Assembly: GCA_031409275.1 (NCBI GenBank)
Contig: JANNXA010000027.1
Location: forward strand, 1-64,000
Direction of reading: 5' to 3'
Length of the DNA stretch: 64,000 nt
Source: Planctomycetota bacterium
Lineage (GTDB): Bacteria; Planctomycetota; B15-G4; SIAN01
In this document: positions 1 to 9,433 of the stretch, piece after piece
Layout of the letters: every line of letters starts with the position of its first letter
Position numbering within the stretch: position 1 is the stretch's first letter
Made by a program: the position numbers and the translations under genes
The notes under the pieces: model-generated
Seen by the model: only the letters and a program-made list of their open reading frames with translations
Databases searched by the model: none
Told to the model about the DNA's origin: nothing

Positions 1-32
1 AAGCTCACCATCCGCAGCAACTGCCCCCGCTA

Positions 33-87
33 CCACGTTGGTCACCTTCGCTGACGCGAAGGTTCCGGCCACGTTGGTCACCTTCGC
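33..87. repeat. 19-bp direct repeat (CCACGTTGGTCACCTTCGC, two copies 36 bp apart) overlapping a small hairpin
   Basis: Identical copies at 33-51 and 69-87; ACCTTCGC-tgac-GCGAAGGT inverted repeat at 44-63. Confidence 0.7.
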
Positions 88-481
88 GGCCCGAATCGTC
101 AGGTGCCGCACCGTCGCGCGGCGCATCGCCCGCCTCCAGCCGCGCCCCGAGTTCAGGTCGAACTCCACCTGGATCGGCCGCTCGCCATTGGGTCCCGCTG
201 GCAGAAGTCGCCGCAGGATCTCACGCCGCCGATCGAGTGCCGTCGTCGGGTCGCGCAGCAGCGTCGCCGTGCTCCTCACCACGACATTCCGTTCTTTTCT
301 GTCGAGATCTCGACAGTCCGGGGACGGAGCGGTCCGCTGTGCTCGGCGTCGGCGTCGGCGTCGGCGTGGGCGCGGTGGTCACGGCGTGGTACTCGCGCCG
401 AGTGGAAGTGCTCCTTGGGAATCACGGGCGGCCGGCTCGTGCCGGCGCGCTGGACGGTCGGTGAAGCCTGATCTCCCTAGG

Positions 482-1700
482 TCACGCGCAGACGGCGCAT
501 CGCCCCGCGCGGTTCGCGGCTAGGCGTGCAACGCGAGCGGCCCGTCGCGCTTCGGCGAGCTCGTCAGGGACAGCGTCACCCGTCCCGAAGTACATCTCGT
601 CCGGCGTCTGACCGCGAAACGCTGAGTGGGGGACGCGCGAGTTGTGCTCGGCGTCGTAGAACGCGACAAGCGAGCGGACCTTGGGCATCGAGTCAAGCGG
701 GTGCAGGTACAGCCATTGGTGCTTCAGGCGGCGTCACCACGCTTCGATCATGGAGTTCGAGAAGCGGATCTCGGTCTGCGCGAGGACTCGCCTCAAGAGC
801 CCGAACGCGATGAGCGCATCGACGGAGCCGTTCTTGTTCTCGACGCCGGTGTCGACGAGTACGGTCGGCACGAGCTCGGAACTATGGATCGCTTGTCCGG
901 CCTCGACGAGGACGGCGACTGCGTTGGCAGGATCGAAGCGGCCGAGCAGTTGCCACGCGAGGATGCGGCGCGAGAAGTTGTCGATGACGGCGTGGAGATA
1001 GGCGCGGCTGTGGTCGAGCAGTCGGACTAGCGTCGTATCAATGTGCCAGATCTCGTTCGGCCGCGCGGCGCGAATCCCTACGCGGGGCCGCCCGGGATGG
1101 ACGCGAAGGCGCGGCCGACGCCAATCGCGCCGGACGACGAGTTGCAACCACATCGTCGGGGACGCCAACACGGCGCCGATGCGTTGCGCGAGCACGGCAA
1201 GTCGGCTGGTCGGTACGTGGCGTTAGTCAACCGAGATCACCAGCGCGTCGATCGTCGCCACCTCGATCGGCGTCGACCGCCGCGGCGAGGAGTTCGGGCA
1301 GGAGGACTGGTCCGCGAGTTGGCAGACGACTGCCGCGTTTCTCCAGGCGTGGAGCCGAGCGGCGGACAAGCCGAGCTCGGCGAGGACGCGCTGAAGGCCG
1401 AGCACCGATCCGGTGCGCTCGATCGCCTGCAGTAGCCGTGCTTTGTCGATCGCTGGAATGCGGAGTCGGGAGCGGTCCGGAGCGAGCGTGCGCAGCAGGA
1501 CGAAGCGCACGCGAAGGACAGCGGTCGTTTCGTTCTGCGAGTCGGGCAACGCGACGGCGCAACTCTGCGAGTGGCGCGTCGCCTTCCGCCGCCGTGGATC
1601 GGGGTACGCCGAGCCGGACCGCGATGGTCGGGTCCCCTTTCTCCTGGACGAGTTGAAAGAGGCGATGGTCGTAGCTCCGGAGGTGGCGCTTGAGCTTGAT
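482..1700 (-). pseudogene. DDE (rve integrase-core) IS transposase pseudogene
   Basis: Motifs PNEIWHIDTT, YLHAVIDNFSRRILAW, VDTGVEN, NSMIEAW, HNSRVPHSAFRGQTPDEMY. ORFs 1223..1708, 734..1195 and 482..688 share a frame but are split by TAA (1223-1225, in D*RHVPT) and TGA (734-736, in EAW*RRLKHQW). The N-terminal YDHRL...LGVPRSTA segment is in another frame. Confidence 0.85.
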
Positions 1701-1874
1701 CCCGTCAAAGCCTGCCAGGGAGTGGGCGGAGCGAAGACAGGGCGTGCCGGCCCGGGTCAACTGACGGCGTCGAGTGCTCGACGGAAAACAACAGAATGTC
1801 GTGGTGCGTAGCAGCGGTGCGAATGTTCGGGGGCGGCCGTTCGGTTGCACCCTACGCGCGCAGCCGCGTTGCGC

Positions 1875-2951
1875 TCATGGCGTCGTATGTGGCTGCCAGC
1901 TGGTGTCGATCGGAGTGCGCAGCACCAGGCTTGCGTGGACGCCGGCTGCGGTCGCGAGCGCGCGTTGCTTCGCGGCGGGAAGGACTTCGCCGTAGCCCTG
2001 CAGGACCGCGATCAGCGAGTCGCCTGCGATGGGCGCGCCCTGCGCCGCAGCGCGATCCCGCAGATGGCGCAGCGCGAACTCGATCCAGCCGCCGGGTTCC
2101 TCGTAGCGCTCGAGATCGCGGTCGAACTCGCGGTAGGGGAGCAGGATCGCGGTGGTCTGCGCCGTCCCGCGCACGGCGCGCCACTGCTCGTCGAAGGCGC
2201 GCCAACAGATGCCGTGGTAGCAGCCCACGCCGCAGCAGGCGCCATCGATGCGGGTGTCCGATTCTTCACACTCGGTCACCCAGACAGGGATCACCTCGCT
2301 TCGCGGCAACACGCTCTGCACCTCGCCGCAGAAGCGCGCCGCGGCGTCGGGGCCGATCAGCGTTGCCGTGCGGGTCGGCGGCTTGCCGCCCAGCGAGTAA
2401 TCGGTCGCCCAGCGGCACAACACGTTGCCGCAGCCGCACGCGGAGGGGGAGCCTTGCAGGTCGTTCAAGAACACGACAGACGGCTCGGGCAGGTCTGCCA
2501 ACTGCTTGCGCACCCGCTTCAGATGCGCGGCGAAAGCCTCGACGTAGGCGACCGGCAACCAAGGCCAGCTCTTCACCACCGCGCCGTCGTTCGGGGCGGG
2601 CGTTCCCGGGAAGTGACGTCGCCATTGCGCGTGTCCATGCATGCTCGCCAACCACTCGGGGTGCGCGTCCGCGAGCGCTTCGCAGCGACCGACCTCGAGC
2701 CAGTAACCGAGGCGCAGCCCGGCGGCGCACACGGCGTCGGCGGCCGCGCGGTCAGCGGCCGTCGGTACGCGGTCGTGCAGGGCGAGCACGATCGTGTCGA
2801 CCCCTGCGTCGCGCGCCGCCGCCAGCTTGCTCGAGTCGAGGTTGGCCGGCGCCCACACCTCGCCTCGCAACGGTGCGGCCGATCGGCACGCCGTCAGCGG
2901 AAGCGCGAGCACGGCCAGCCATCCGAGTCGCGCCAGCGTCGTTCCGCTCAC
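1875..2951 (-). CDS. Cys-rich putative lipoprotein, possibly glycoside-hydrolase-like TIM barrel
   Basis: Lipobox-like LALPLTAC. The pattern AGVDTIVL...AAGLRLGYWL...HPEWL...VFLND...CGCGNVLC resembles GHL-type proteins. The start overlaps the upstream stop. Confidence 0.6.
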   Translation of the reverse strand: MSGTTLARLGWLAVLALPLTACRSAAPLRGEVWAPANLDSSKLAAARDAGVDTIVLALHDRVPTAADRAAADAVCAAGLRLGYWLEVGRCEALADAHPEWLASMHGHAQWRRHFPGTPAPNDGAVVKSWPWLPVAYVEAFAAHLKRVRKQLADLPEPSVVFLNDLQGSPSACGCGNVLCRWATDYSLGGKPPTRTATLIGPDAAARFCGEVQSVLPRSEVIPVWVTECEESDTRIDGACCGVGCYHGICWRAFDEQWRAVRGTAQTTAILLPYREFDRDLERYEEPGGWIEFALRHLRDRAAAQGAPIAGDSLIAVLQGYGEVLPAAKQRALATAAGVHASLVLRTPIDTSWQPHTTP

Positions 2952-3937
2952 TTCCCGGGTTCCGTCGTATTGGGCGTCTGGTGGATGGCGCTGTCGGGGT
3001 GTTCAGCCGACCACGCGAACCACTTGCACTGCACGCTGTCGACCCACGCCAATTCGTGGCCGCGCAGGAGGCCATCGATGCCGCGCCCGGCGATCGACCA
3101 GCGCGTGCCGGTGTTGGTGTCGCGGAACGGCGCGACTTCGGGCGCGATCGCTTCCGGCTGCAACGTCAGCAGCGCGCCGTCTTTCACCGCGCGAAACGCC
3201 GTCGCCGAACGGCTCGCGCCGAGCCACAGCACGGCAATCGTCCAGTCGCCGACCTTGTCCTGCAGCACGGCGCGCTCCGGCAAGCCGTCGAGCGGGAACG
3301 CCATGTGGACCGCGCCGACCTTGACGCCCAGCACCCAGGCGTTCGCAGGCAGTCGCGAGTCGAACTCGCCGCGGCTCTGCACGCTGCGCGGATCATCGGC
3401 AGTAGGCAACTCGACGACGGGGTAGCGCTCGCCGTCGAACAGGTCGTAAGCGGTCGACTCGGGGTGCATCCGATACCACGATGCCCACTCCGTCGTCATG
3501 CTCGGCACACGGACGAGACGTTGGCCGCGGCGCGGCCCTTCGAACGCTTCGCCAGTCAGCGCCGAGAAGAGCGTGCCATCGTCGTGGCGCACGACCATGA
3601 CCCCGTTGCGCCAGCCGTGCAGCGAATAGCCGTAGTCCTTCTCGTAGGCGGCGACGTAGCCGCCTTCGGGGTCATAGAAAAAGAGGCCGTAGGTGTCGTT
3701 GACGACGCGCGGCCCGGCGAGGAAGTGGCGCAGCGGCGCGCAACCGCCGTTGTGCTTGCCGCGCAACCAAGCGATCACCCGGTCGTCGTCGCGCACCATC
3801 GACTTCGTCGCCTGCACGGACATGTACGAGCAGGGCGGCTCGTTCAGCGCCTTGCACTCCGGCGCGCGCACCACCGGCGGAGCGATCGGCGGCGAATCTT
3901 GACCGCCGGCAAGGAGGATCAGCAAGAGCGTCCGCAC
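2948..3937 (-). CDS. DUF3179 domain-containing secreted protein
   Basis: Duplicated motifs GTLFSALTGEAFEGP...W..W...HPES and DTNTGTRWSIAGRGIDG...WFAWSAEHPDS; GGAG upstream of the GTG. Confidence 0.8.
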   Translation of the reverse strand: MRTLLLILLAGGQDSPPIAPPVVRAPECKALNEPPCSYMSVQATKSMVRDDDRVIAWLRGKHNGGCAPLRHFLAGPRVVNDTYGLFFYDPEGGYVAAYEKDYGYSLHGWRNGVMVVRHDDGTLFSALTGEAFEGPRRGQRLVRVPSMTTEWASWYRMHPESTAYDLFDGERYPVVELPTADDPRSVQSRGEFDSRLPANAWVLGVKVGAVHMAFPLDGLPERAVLQDKVGDWTIAVLWLGASRSATAFRAVKDGALLTLQPEAIAPEVAPFRDTNTGTRWSIAGRGIDGLLRGHELAWVDSVQCKWFAWSAEHPDSAIHQTPNTTEPGK

Positions 3938-4124
3938 GATCGGGGCTCCATCACCGCGAAGGATCGAGTTCAGGTTCGCAACGTACCGTCCACCGCCGGT
4001 CGAGGCGACGTCTCGTTACGGTGCCGCTTCAACGAGTTGCTCGCGAGCGACCGGATCGTGGTGTCATTTCAGCGGGCAACCATCCACCGGCCGTCCTCGG
4101 TCCGGCGCTGCGCGACGTCGACCT

Positions 4125-4337
4125 TCACGTGCGGCGATAGAGATCCCAGCGCCCTCGCGGGTCGCCTTCCACGCGAACGATCGCGCCGATCGAATCGATC
4201 CCCCATGAACCCGCGAGCTTCTTCGAGAGCTCTCGGTTCTTCTGCGGATCGGTCATGCGGTCTTTTGAGTCGTGAAGCGAGTCGTCGGGCGACCCGAGCG
4301 TTGCAGCGGCGTTCGCCAGTTCCTGTTCAGTCGCCAT
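4125..4337 (-). CDS. Small hypothetical protein (70 aa)
   Basis: ATG lies just after the upstream stop (TGA-AC-ATG), suggesting operon continuation; no recognisable motif. Confidence 0.35.
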   Translation of the reverse strand: MATEQELANAAATLGSPDDSLHDSKDRMTDPQKNRELSKKLAGSWGIDSIGAIVRVEGDPRGRWDLYRRT

Positions 4338-4339
4338 GT

Positions 4340-5281
4340 TCAGCCCCCCAGCTTCGTCCGGACCAACGCGACAAGTTCCGCCACCGCCGGCTCCAGGTTG
4401 ACTCGCTTGGCGAGCTCCTCCTGCAACGCGCGCGAGCGATCGCGGACGTTCCACAGATTGCGGTCGCGCGCGATCTGCTCGGTGATCGGGAGGATCGTGC
4501 GGTTTTCTTCCTGGATCGCGCCCGAGTAGACCGCGCTGCCCTTTTGCGGCAAACAGGCCGAGAGCTTGACGACGGTGTCTCGCAGCTGCGAGTAGTACGA
4601 CAGAAGCGCGCCGAAGTCGGTCACGTTCTTGACCTCTGCGCCGCCTCGGACCGTTCGGAGGAGGCATGGCGCCGGCGCGTCCGGGACGCTTCCGGAGCCG
4701 TACTGATCGACCTCGTAGGTCCTCGGCGCGAATGCGATCAAGGCATCCAGCCGCCGTGCGAGCGCTGAGTATCCGAGGTTCTCGAGGTCACCGTAGTAGA
4801 GGTTCAGGACCGCGAGGTCGGTCTCAGTGAGCGCCCCGAGCGAGATCGCGCTAGCGGCGTTCTGCGCCTGCTTTGGGGTGAGATTGCGCGCCGCGGCGCC
4901 CGTGATGAAGACGGAGCGGATGTTGATCGTGTCGTTGAAGAGGCGATCGACCCCTTTGTCCTCGTACTTGCGGAAGTCGAACGAGGTGATGACCGAGGCT
5001 GCTTCACCCGCCCGCAACCGCCAGCCGTCATCGACCGTGGTCGGCGCGCCGAGGTGGCGAGGTTTCGTGCCTTCGGCAGGCGACAGGCCGGCGCCCGCGT
5101 CGCCCGTCGGGGCGATCAGCACCACGCGCTCCTTCAGTCCGAAGCTGAGCGACACCGGTTCGGCGGAGTCGACCTTCTCTTCGAGCGTCAAGGAGATCTT
5201 GTCGGTCTCGTAGAACATCACCGCGTTCGAGCAGCTCGAGCAGACGGTGATGACGAAGGGCGCAATCCAACACCTGTTCAT
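4340..5281 (-). CDS. Hypothetical lipoprotein
   Basis: AAGGAG RBS before ATG 5281; signal peptide ending VCSSC; shares EAASV and TGAxA motifs with the neighbouring ORF. Confidence 0.7.
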   Translation of the reverse strand: MNRCWIAPFVITVCSSCSNAVMFYETDKISLTLEEKVDSAEPVSLSFGLKERVVLIAPTGDAGAGLSPAEGTKPRHLGAPTTVDDGWRLRAGEAASVITSFDFRKYEDKGVDRLFNDTINIRSVFITGAAARNLTPKQAQNAASAISLGALTETDLAVLNLYYGDLENLGYSALARRLDALIAFAPRTYEVDQYGSGSVPDAPAPCLLRTVRGGAEVKNVTDFGALLSYYSQLRDTVVKLSACLPQKGSAVYSGAIQEENRTILPITEQIARDRNLWNVRDRSRALQEELAKRVNLEPAVAELVALVRTKLGG

Positions 5282-5315
5282 CGCAGGACTCCTTCCGGAT
5301 GCGGGGTCAATTTCG

Positions 5316-5346
5316 TTCACCATTCACCATTCACCGTTCACCGTTC
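5316..5346. repeat. Heptamer tandem repeat (TTCACCR)x4
   Basis: TTCACCA TTCACCA TTCACCG TTCACCG TTC read directly; spans the stop codon of the 5331..5801 gene. Confidence 0.8.
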
Positions 5347-5801
5347 GGCGTTTCGGTGCTGCCACCGGCTGATCGCGCCGGTTCCCGGTCGAACGCCGGG
5401 TCGACGACCGAGCGGCGCAACTGCTCGAGCACCGCCGCGTCCTTCGCGATCTCCTGCGCCGGAGCGCCGGTCGCGATGACGTGGTGGAACTCGATGTCGT
5501 CGACCCCCGAGGTGTGCACTCGGCTGAAGGCCGCGACGGAAGCGGCCTCGATCGAGCCGGTCGACTTGCCGGATGCGTCCGGTTGTGTCGGCTCGTCGAA
5601 ACAAGGGACGATCGCGTAGACCTGACGATCGAATCCGAACGTGAAGCGCGCGCTGCCTTCCGCTGCGGGAGCCAGATCGAGCCCGAGTACGGTGTCGTGC
5701 ACGTAGACGACGTGGGTCGCCTGGCACGCCATCGTCATGAGCGCCAGCGTCACGCTGGCCGACATTGCGGCCACCGCTCGTCGTTCTCGTGTGCATTTCA
5801 T
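5331..5801 (-). CDS. Hypothetical lipoprotein
   Basis: ATGA overlap with the upstream gene; signal ending LMTMAC; EAASV and ATGAPA motifs. Confidence 0.7.
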   Translation of the reverse strand: MKCTRERRAVAAMSASVTLALMTMACQATHVVYVHDTVLGLDLAPAAEGSARFTFGFDRQVYAIVPCFDEPTQPDASGKSTGSIEAASVAAFSRVHTSGVDDIEFHHVIATGAPAQEIAKDAAVLEQLRRSVVDPAFDREPARSAGGSTETPNGER

Positions 5802-6343
5802 CTCTTCGTCTCCCAAACCCCATAGGCGCTTGTGCCGGGGGCGTCCGTGTCGAGGTCAATCAAGGTCACGCCATCGAAGTCGAGCGGGATCGCGAGCTCG
5901 ATCCGGCGGCGGTAGCCCACGCTCACGCCGAAGCGCCGCGGGCTGGTCGTCAGCGAGACGCCGATGGTCGTGTGGCCGTAGGCGATTGGTCCGCCTTCGC
6001 GCGACGTCGGCGAGGCGGCGGTCTCGTCGATCGGCAGGAGCTTGCCCCGCGCGAGCCATTCTTCGACGTCGCCGCTGGGATCCCCGCGGCGCGCGGCTCC
6101 GCCGAGCACGAACGGGTCGGCACCGGCGATCGGGTAGCAAACCAGCAGGTCGGACCAACCGATCACACACCCCTCGACTCCCGCTTCCGTGATCAGGTGG
6201 ACGCCGAAGGTGCGCATCCGCTTGGCGCAGCCCTGCTCGCCCTCGAACCAGTCGACCCAGGCGAGTCCGTGGCCGTTCACGGCGCAGCCGGGCAGCAGCG
6301 TGCAAGCCGCGATCGCGACGGACATCAGCACCCCCGCGTGCAT
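5798..6343 (-). CDS. Hypothetical lipoprotein
   Basis: AGGAG RBS before ATG 6343; signal ending LLPGC; internally repeated T(F/I)GVxL...G(W/Y)...P strand pattern. Confidence 0.65.
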   Translation of the reverse strand: MHAGVLMSVAIAACTLLPGCAVNGHGLAWVDWFEGEQGCAKRMRTFGVHLITEAGVEGCVIGWSDLLVCYPIAGADPFVLGGAARRGDPSGDVEEWLARGKLLPIDETAASPTSREGGPIAYGHTTIGVSLTTSPRRFGVSVGYRRRIELAIPLDFDGVTLIDLDTDAPGTSAYGVWETKR

Positions 6344-6472
6344 GGCGACTCCTGGACGGTCGCGCACCGTTCCGGCACGCGAAAACCCTCCGACCGTTCA
6401 GCGCAGCTGCCGTCGGGCCGTCACCGTGCATGATGCCGCGGCCGGGGTCGCGCCGAGCGGCGCGATCCGCGT

Positions 6473-8629
6473 TCACCGCTCGGCGAGGCGCGCGTCGCTC
6501 CACGGCTGATTGGCTCGGTAGGCCGCAAGACGCTGCTCGATCGCCGTTACGAGCGTCGCGTCCTGCCGATCGCGCGCCAGCTGCAGCGCCTTCTCGGCGC
6601 TGGCAACGGCAGCGGGGAAACGGCCCGAAGCGGCTTGCGCCGCGGCGAGGATGTCGAGCGCGTGCGCGCGCGACTCGTCGGTGGCCATCGAGGAGAGGTT
6701 GCGCGCCCATCGCAATGCATCGGCTGGATCGCGTCGCGCAGCATCGGGATGAGTCGCCAGGATCCACGCCAGACGCTCGGCCGATGGCGGGTCCTTCTTC
6801 TGCGCGAGCACGCGCCGGAAGTGCGCGCATGCTTCGCCGGCGCGGTGGGTCATCTCGAGCGCAAGCCCGAGGTCGAACTCGACGTCGAGCCAGCTCGGTT
6901 CGAGTTCGAGCGCGCGGCGCAGCGGCTTCTCCGCCGCGCTCCATCGGCCGAGCTGCACGAGCGCTCCGCCAAGGCCTCGCTGCGCGCTGGCGTGGGTCGG
7001 GTCGAGTTCGGCCGCGCGCTGGAACGACGCGGCCGCTCGTTCGAGTTCGCCGCGATCGCGCAGCACCAGGCCGAGGCTGTTGTGGGCATTCGCGTTCTGC
7101 GGGTCGCACGCAACGGCCGCCTCGAAGTGGCGCAACGCTTCGTCGACCTGGCCGACACGCACCAGCGTGATGCCGAGGTTGTTGTGCGCCGAGGACATCT
7201 TCGGATCGAGTTCGAGCGCGCGGCGCAACGACGCGATCGCGGGCTCGTCCTGGCCAGCGAGGTAGAGCGCGAGCCCGAGATCGTGATGCGCGATGGCGCT
7301 TTGCGGATCCTCGCGAACGGCGAGTTCGAGGCTTGCGAGGTGCTGCTTGTAGTCGCGCCGCAGGAAGTCGCGTTCGAGCAGCGGTCGCTGCGCGGCGTCC
7401 TTCGGCAGCACCTGGATCCAGAGATCGGCCATCTCGTCGGTGGAGCGCGCGCCGGCGGTGACGCGGACGGGCGGGCTGGTTGGATTGCGCGGATTGCCCG
7501 AGGAGTTGTCGAACACGTAGCGCATCGACAGCTGGGTGCCGGCAGGCAGCGCGATCGGCTGCGCGTACTGGTACTCGTCCTGCCAGTTGAAGTCCCAGTC
7601 GCGGATCGTCAGCAACCGTTGGCGCGCACCGTCGGGAAGGAGCGCTTCGCCGCTCATCTGGCGCGCGAGGTAATGGGCGTGCGGGTAGATGCCGAGCACG
7701 TCGACGTCGATCGGAAGCGTGTAGTGATCTTCGACGACGTACGACGCCTCGCCGGCCGGGATCTCCATCGTCTGCGAGCCGATGCGCAGCAGGAACGGCC
7801 GCTGCGTCGGCGGCGCCTTGCTGAAGTAGAGGCCGATCTGCGGCGAGATCGGCTCCGGCTTGCCGCTCGGAAGCAGGTGCAACTGCAGCAGCAGGTCCGC
7901 TCCCGCCGGCAGCTCCCAGGCGCGTTCCTCGCAGCGCGCGAGCGGAACGCGGCCCGGCGTCCAGCCGACGAAGTGTCCGTCGGGGCTTTGCGCCTCGCCG
8001 AGGTCCATGCCGCCGAATCCCGGCTCCGGATCGGCGGCGTCCTTCACGCGCGCGCGGCGATTCTTGTCGACGAAGAGCACGGCGTGGTGGACGACTTTGG
8101 GATTGCCCGGTCGCAGCTCGACCGCGCAAACGAATCGCGACTCGGTCAACGGAACCTTGACCACGAGGTTGCGGAAGACATCGGTGCCGTCGGCGGCGAG
8201 CGTGTAGGGCTCGTCGAGCGTGAGCACGAGATCGGGCTCGCCGAGGTGCCAGCCGAGCGCGAAGACGGGCGGTGCGGGTCGCAGGGTCGGATCGCCCTCC
8301 AACGCGCCCTCCTCGGCCCAGCGCTTCAGCGTTTCGAGCTCGGCCGTCGTCAGACGGCGTTCGTGCGCGAACCCCAAACCGGGCTCGGGCAGCCACGGCG
8401 GCATGAAGCCGCTCGCCGTCACCTTCACGATCTGTCGGGCGCGCGTCTTTGCGCTTTCGAAGTCCGCCAGCGAGAACGGCGCCGATTGCTCCGGCCGATG
8501 GCACAACACGCAATGGCGGTCGAGGATCGCGGCGACATCGCCGGCGTAGGTGACGGCTTCGCCGCCGGCCCGACTTCCGACCATCGGCAGCGCGACCACT
8601 GCGACCGTCGCGAGGCAGAGCGTGATCAT
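6473..8629 (-). CDS. Secreted c-type cytochrome + copper type II monooxygenase-like (PHM/DBH fold) + TPR protein
   Basis: Signal peptide; CVLCH; MPPW; VVHHA, LQLHL, YPHAH and DEM copper-ligand motifs; C-terminal TPR run (AHNNLG, AHNSLG). Confidence 0.85.
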   Translation of the reverse strand: MITLCLATVAVVALPMVGSRAGGEAVTYAGDVAAILDRHCVLCHRPEQSAPFSLADFESAKTRARQIVKVTASGFMPPWLPEPGLGFAHERRLTTAELETLKRWAEEGALEGDPTLRPAPPVFALGWHLGEPDLVLTLDEPYTLAADGTDVFRNLVVKVPLTESRFVCAVELRPGNPKVVHHAVLFVDKNRRARVKDAADPEPGFGGMDLGEAQSPDGHFVGWTPGRVPLARCEERAWELPAGADLLLQLHLLPSGKPEPISPQIGLYFSKAPPTQRPFLLRIGSQTMEIPAGEASYVVEDHYTLPIDVDVLGIYPHAHYLARQMSGEALLPDGARQRLLTIRDWDFNWQDEYQYAQPIALPAGTQLSMRYVFDNSSGNPRNPTSPPVRVTAGARSTDEMADLWIQVLPKDAAQRPLLERDFLRRDYKQHLASLELAVREDPQSAIAHHDLGLALYLAGQDEPAIASLRRALELDPKMSSAHNNLGITLVRVGQVDEALRHFEAAVACDPQNANAHNSLGLVLRDRGELERAAASFQRAAELDPTHASAQRGLGGALVQLGRWSAAEKPLRRALELEPSWLDVEFDLGLALEMTHRAGEACAHFRRVLAQKKDPPSAERLAWILATHPDAARRDPADALRWARNLSSMATDESRAHALDILAAAQAASGRFPAAVASAEKALQLARDRQDATLVTAIEQRLAAYRANQPWSDARLAER

Positions 8630-9285
8630 TCGCGAGCCTCCGGCGATGGGGAGGACGTGCCGGGAACCGGCGCCGCCGGCGCCAGATCGGCGATCAGGCA
8701 GCCGATCGCGGGGGCGCTGCTCGACGGGAAGTCGCGTCCCTCGAGGAGCGCTTCGACGGCGTCGCGCAGTTCATGGGTGGTCGCCTTCGCGCGCGCCACG
8801 CCGAAGTCGACGAAGCGATCGTCGATCCGGCCGCTGTAGCGCAAGCGGCCGGTGCGATCGAACAGCGCAGCCTGCGGCGTCACCTGCGCGTCCGCGCGCG
8901 CGACCAGCCGATGCGTCGGATCGAGGAGCGCTCCGCAGGGAAGGGCGTACTCCTGCAGATGAGCGCGCACCTCCTCGCAGCTCGAGCGCGGGTCGGGATC
9001 GACCAGCCAGAAGTCGATTCCGCGCGGCCGCAGCGATCGCACCAGTTCCTGGATCGTCGGTGCGTAGCGGTTCGAGATCGGGCAGTCGTTGCGGATGAAG
9101 ATCAGCACCAGGCCGGGACCGTTCATGGTCGCGAACGGGTCGCGCGGCGCTCCGGTTTCATCGAGGAATGCGACCGCGACGTCGGTTCCTTCGGTCGCGC
9201 GGCTGCTCGCGGGTGCGGCAGAAGGCGTGTTCGGGGTCGTCGGCAGCTCGCCGCTCGAACGGCAACCGCCGAGGCACGCGGCCAT
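8626..9285 (-). CDS. Redoxin (AhpC/TSA-like) lipoprotein; start uncertain
   Basis: FIRNDCPISNRY, TPQA, YSGRIDD, AIGC; ATGA overlap with the downstream gene. Confidence 0.8.
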   Translation of the reverse strand: MAACLGGCRSSGELPTTPNTPSAAPASSRATEGTDVAVAFLDETGAPRDPFATMNGPGLVLIFIRNDCPISNRYAPTIQELVRSLRPRGIDFWLVDPDPRSSCEEVRAHLQEYALPCGALLDPTHRLVARADAQVTPQAALFDRTGRLRYSGRIDDRFVDFGVARAKATTHELRDAVEALLEGRDFPSSSAPAIGCLIADLAPAAPVPGTSSPSPEARE

Positions 9286-9433
9286 CGCGAGACCAAGCGC
9301 GCGCGCGCGCCGACGGTCGGTCGACTTGATCGCGCTCTCGAGGGCGTCGTTGCGGTCGATGCGTTCGCTCCATCAGGAACCAAGGCTCGCCGTCGCACGC
9401 GCCGGTACGGTAGCGCGAGGCGGGCGAGCTTCG

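Noticed and set aside
1..480. Possible ORF end at 1-54, ORFs 38..523 and 103..471, and a (GGCGTC)n run near 345-367
   Set aside because: No recognisable motifs; likely degraded sequence next to the IS remnant, and the left context is missing.
734..736. In-frame TGA in the transposase as Sec or Trp recoding
   Set aside because: It falls at a Trp-like position (EAW*R). The same gene also has a TAA and a frameshift, and TGA is the normal stop throughout the window, so this is pseudogene decay.
1796..4768. Very long Arg/Ala-rich ORFs (also 19368..23078, 40776..44573, 45223..48327, 36033..38807 and others)
   Set aside because: Antisense or off-frame shadows of motif-bearing genes, expected in high-GC DNA.
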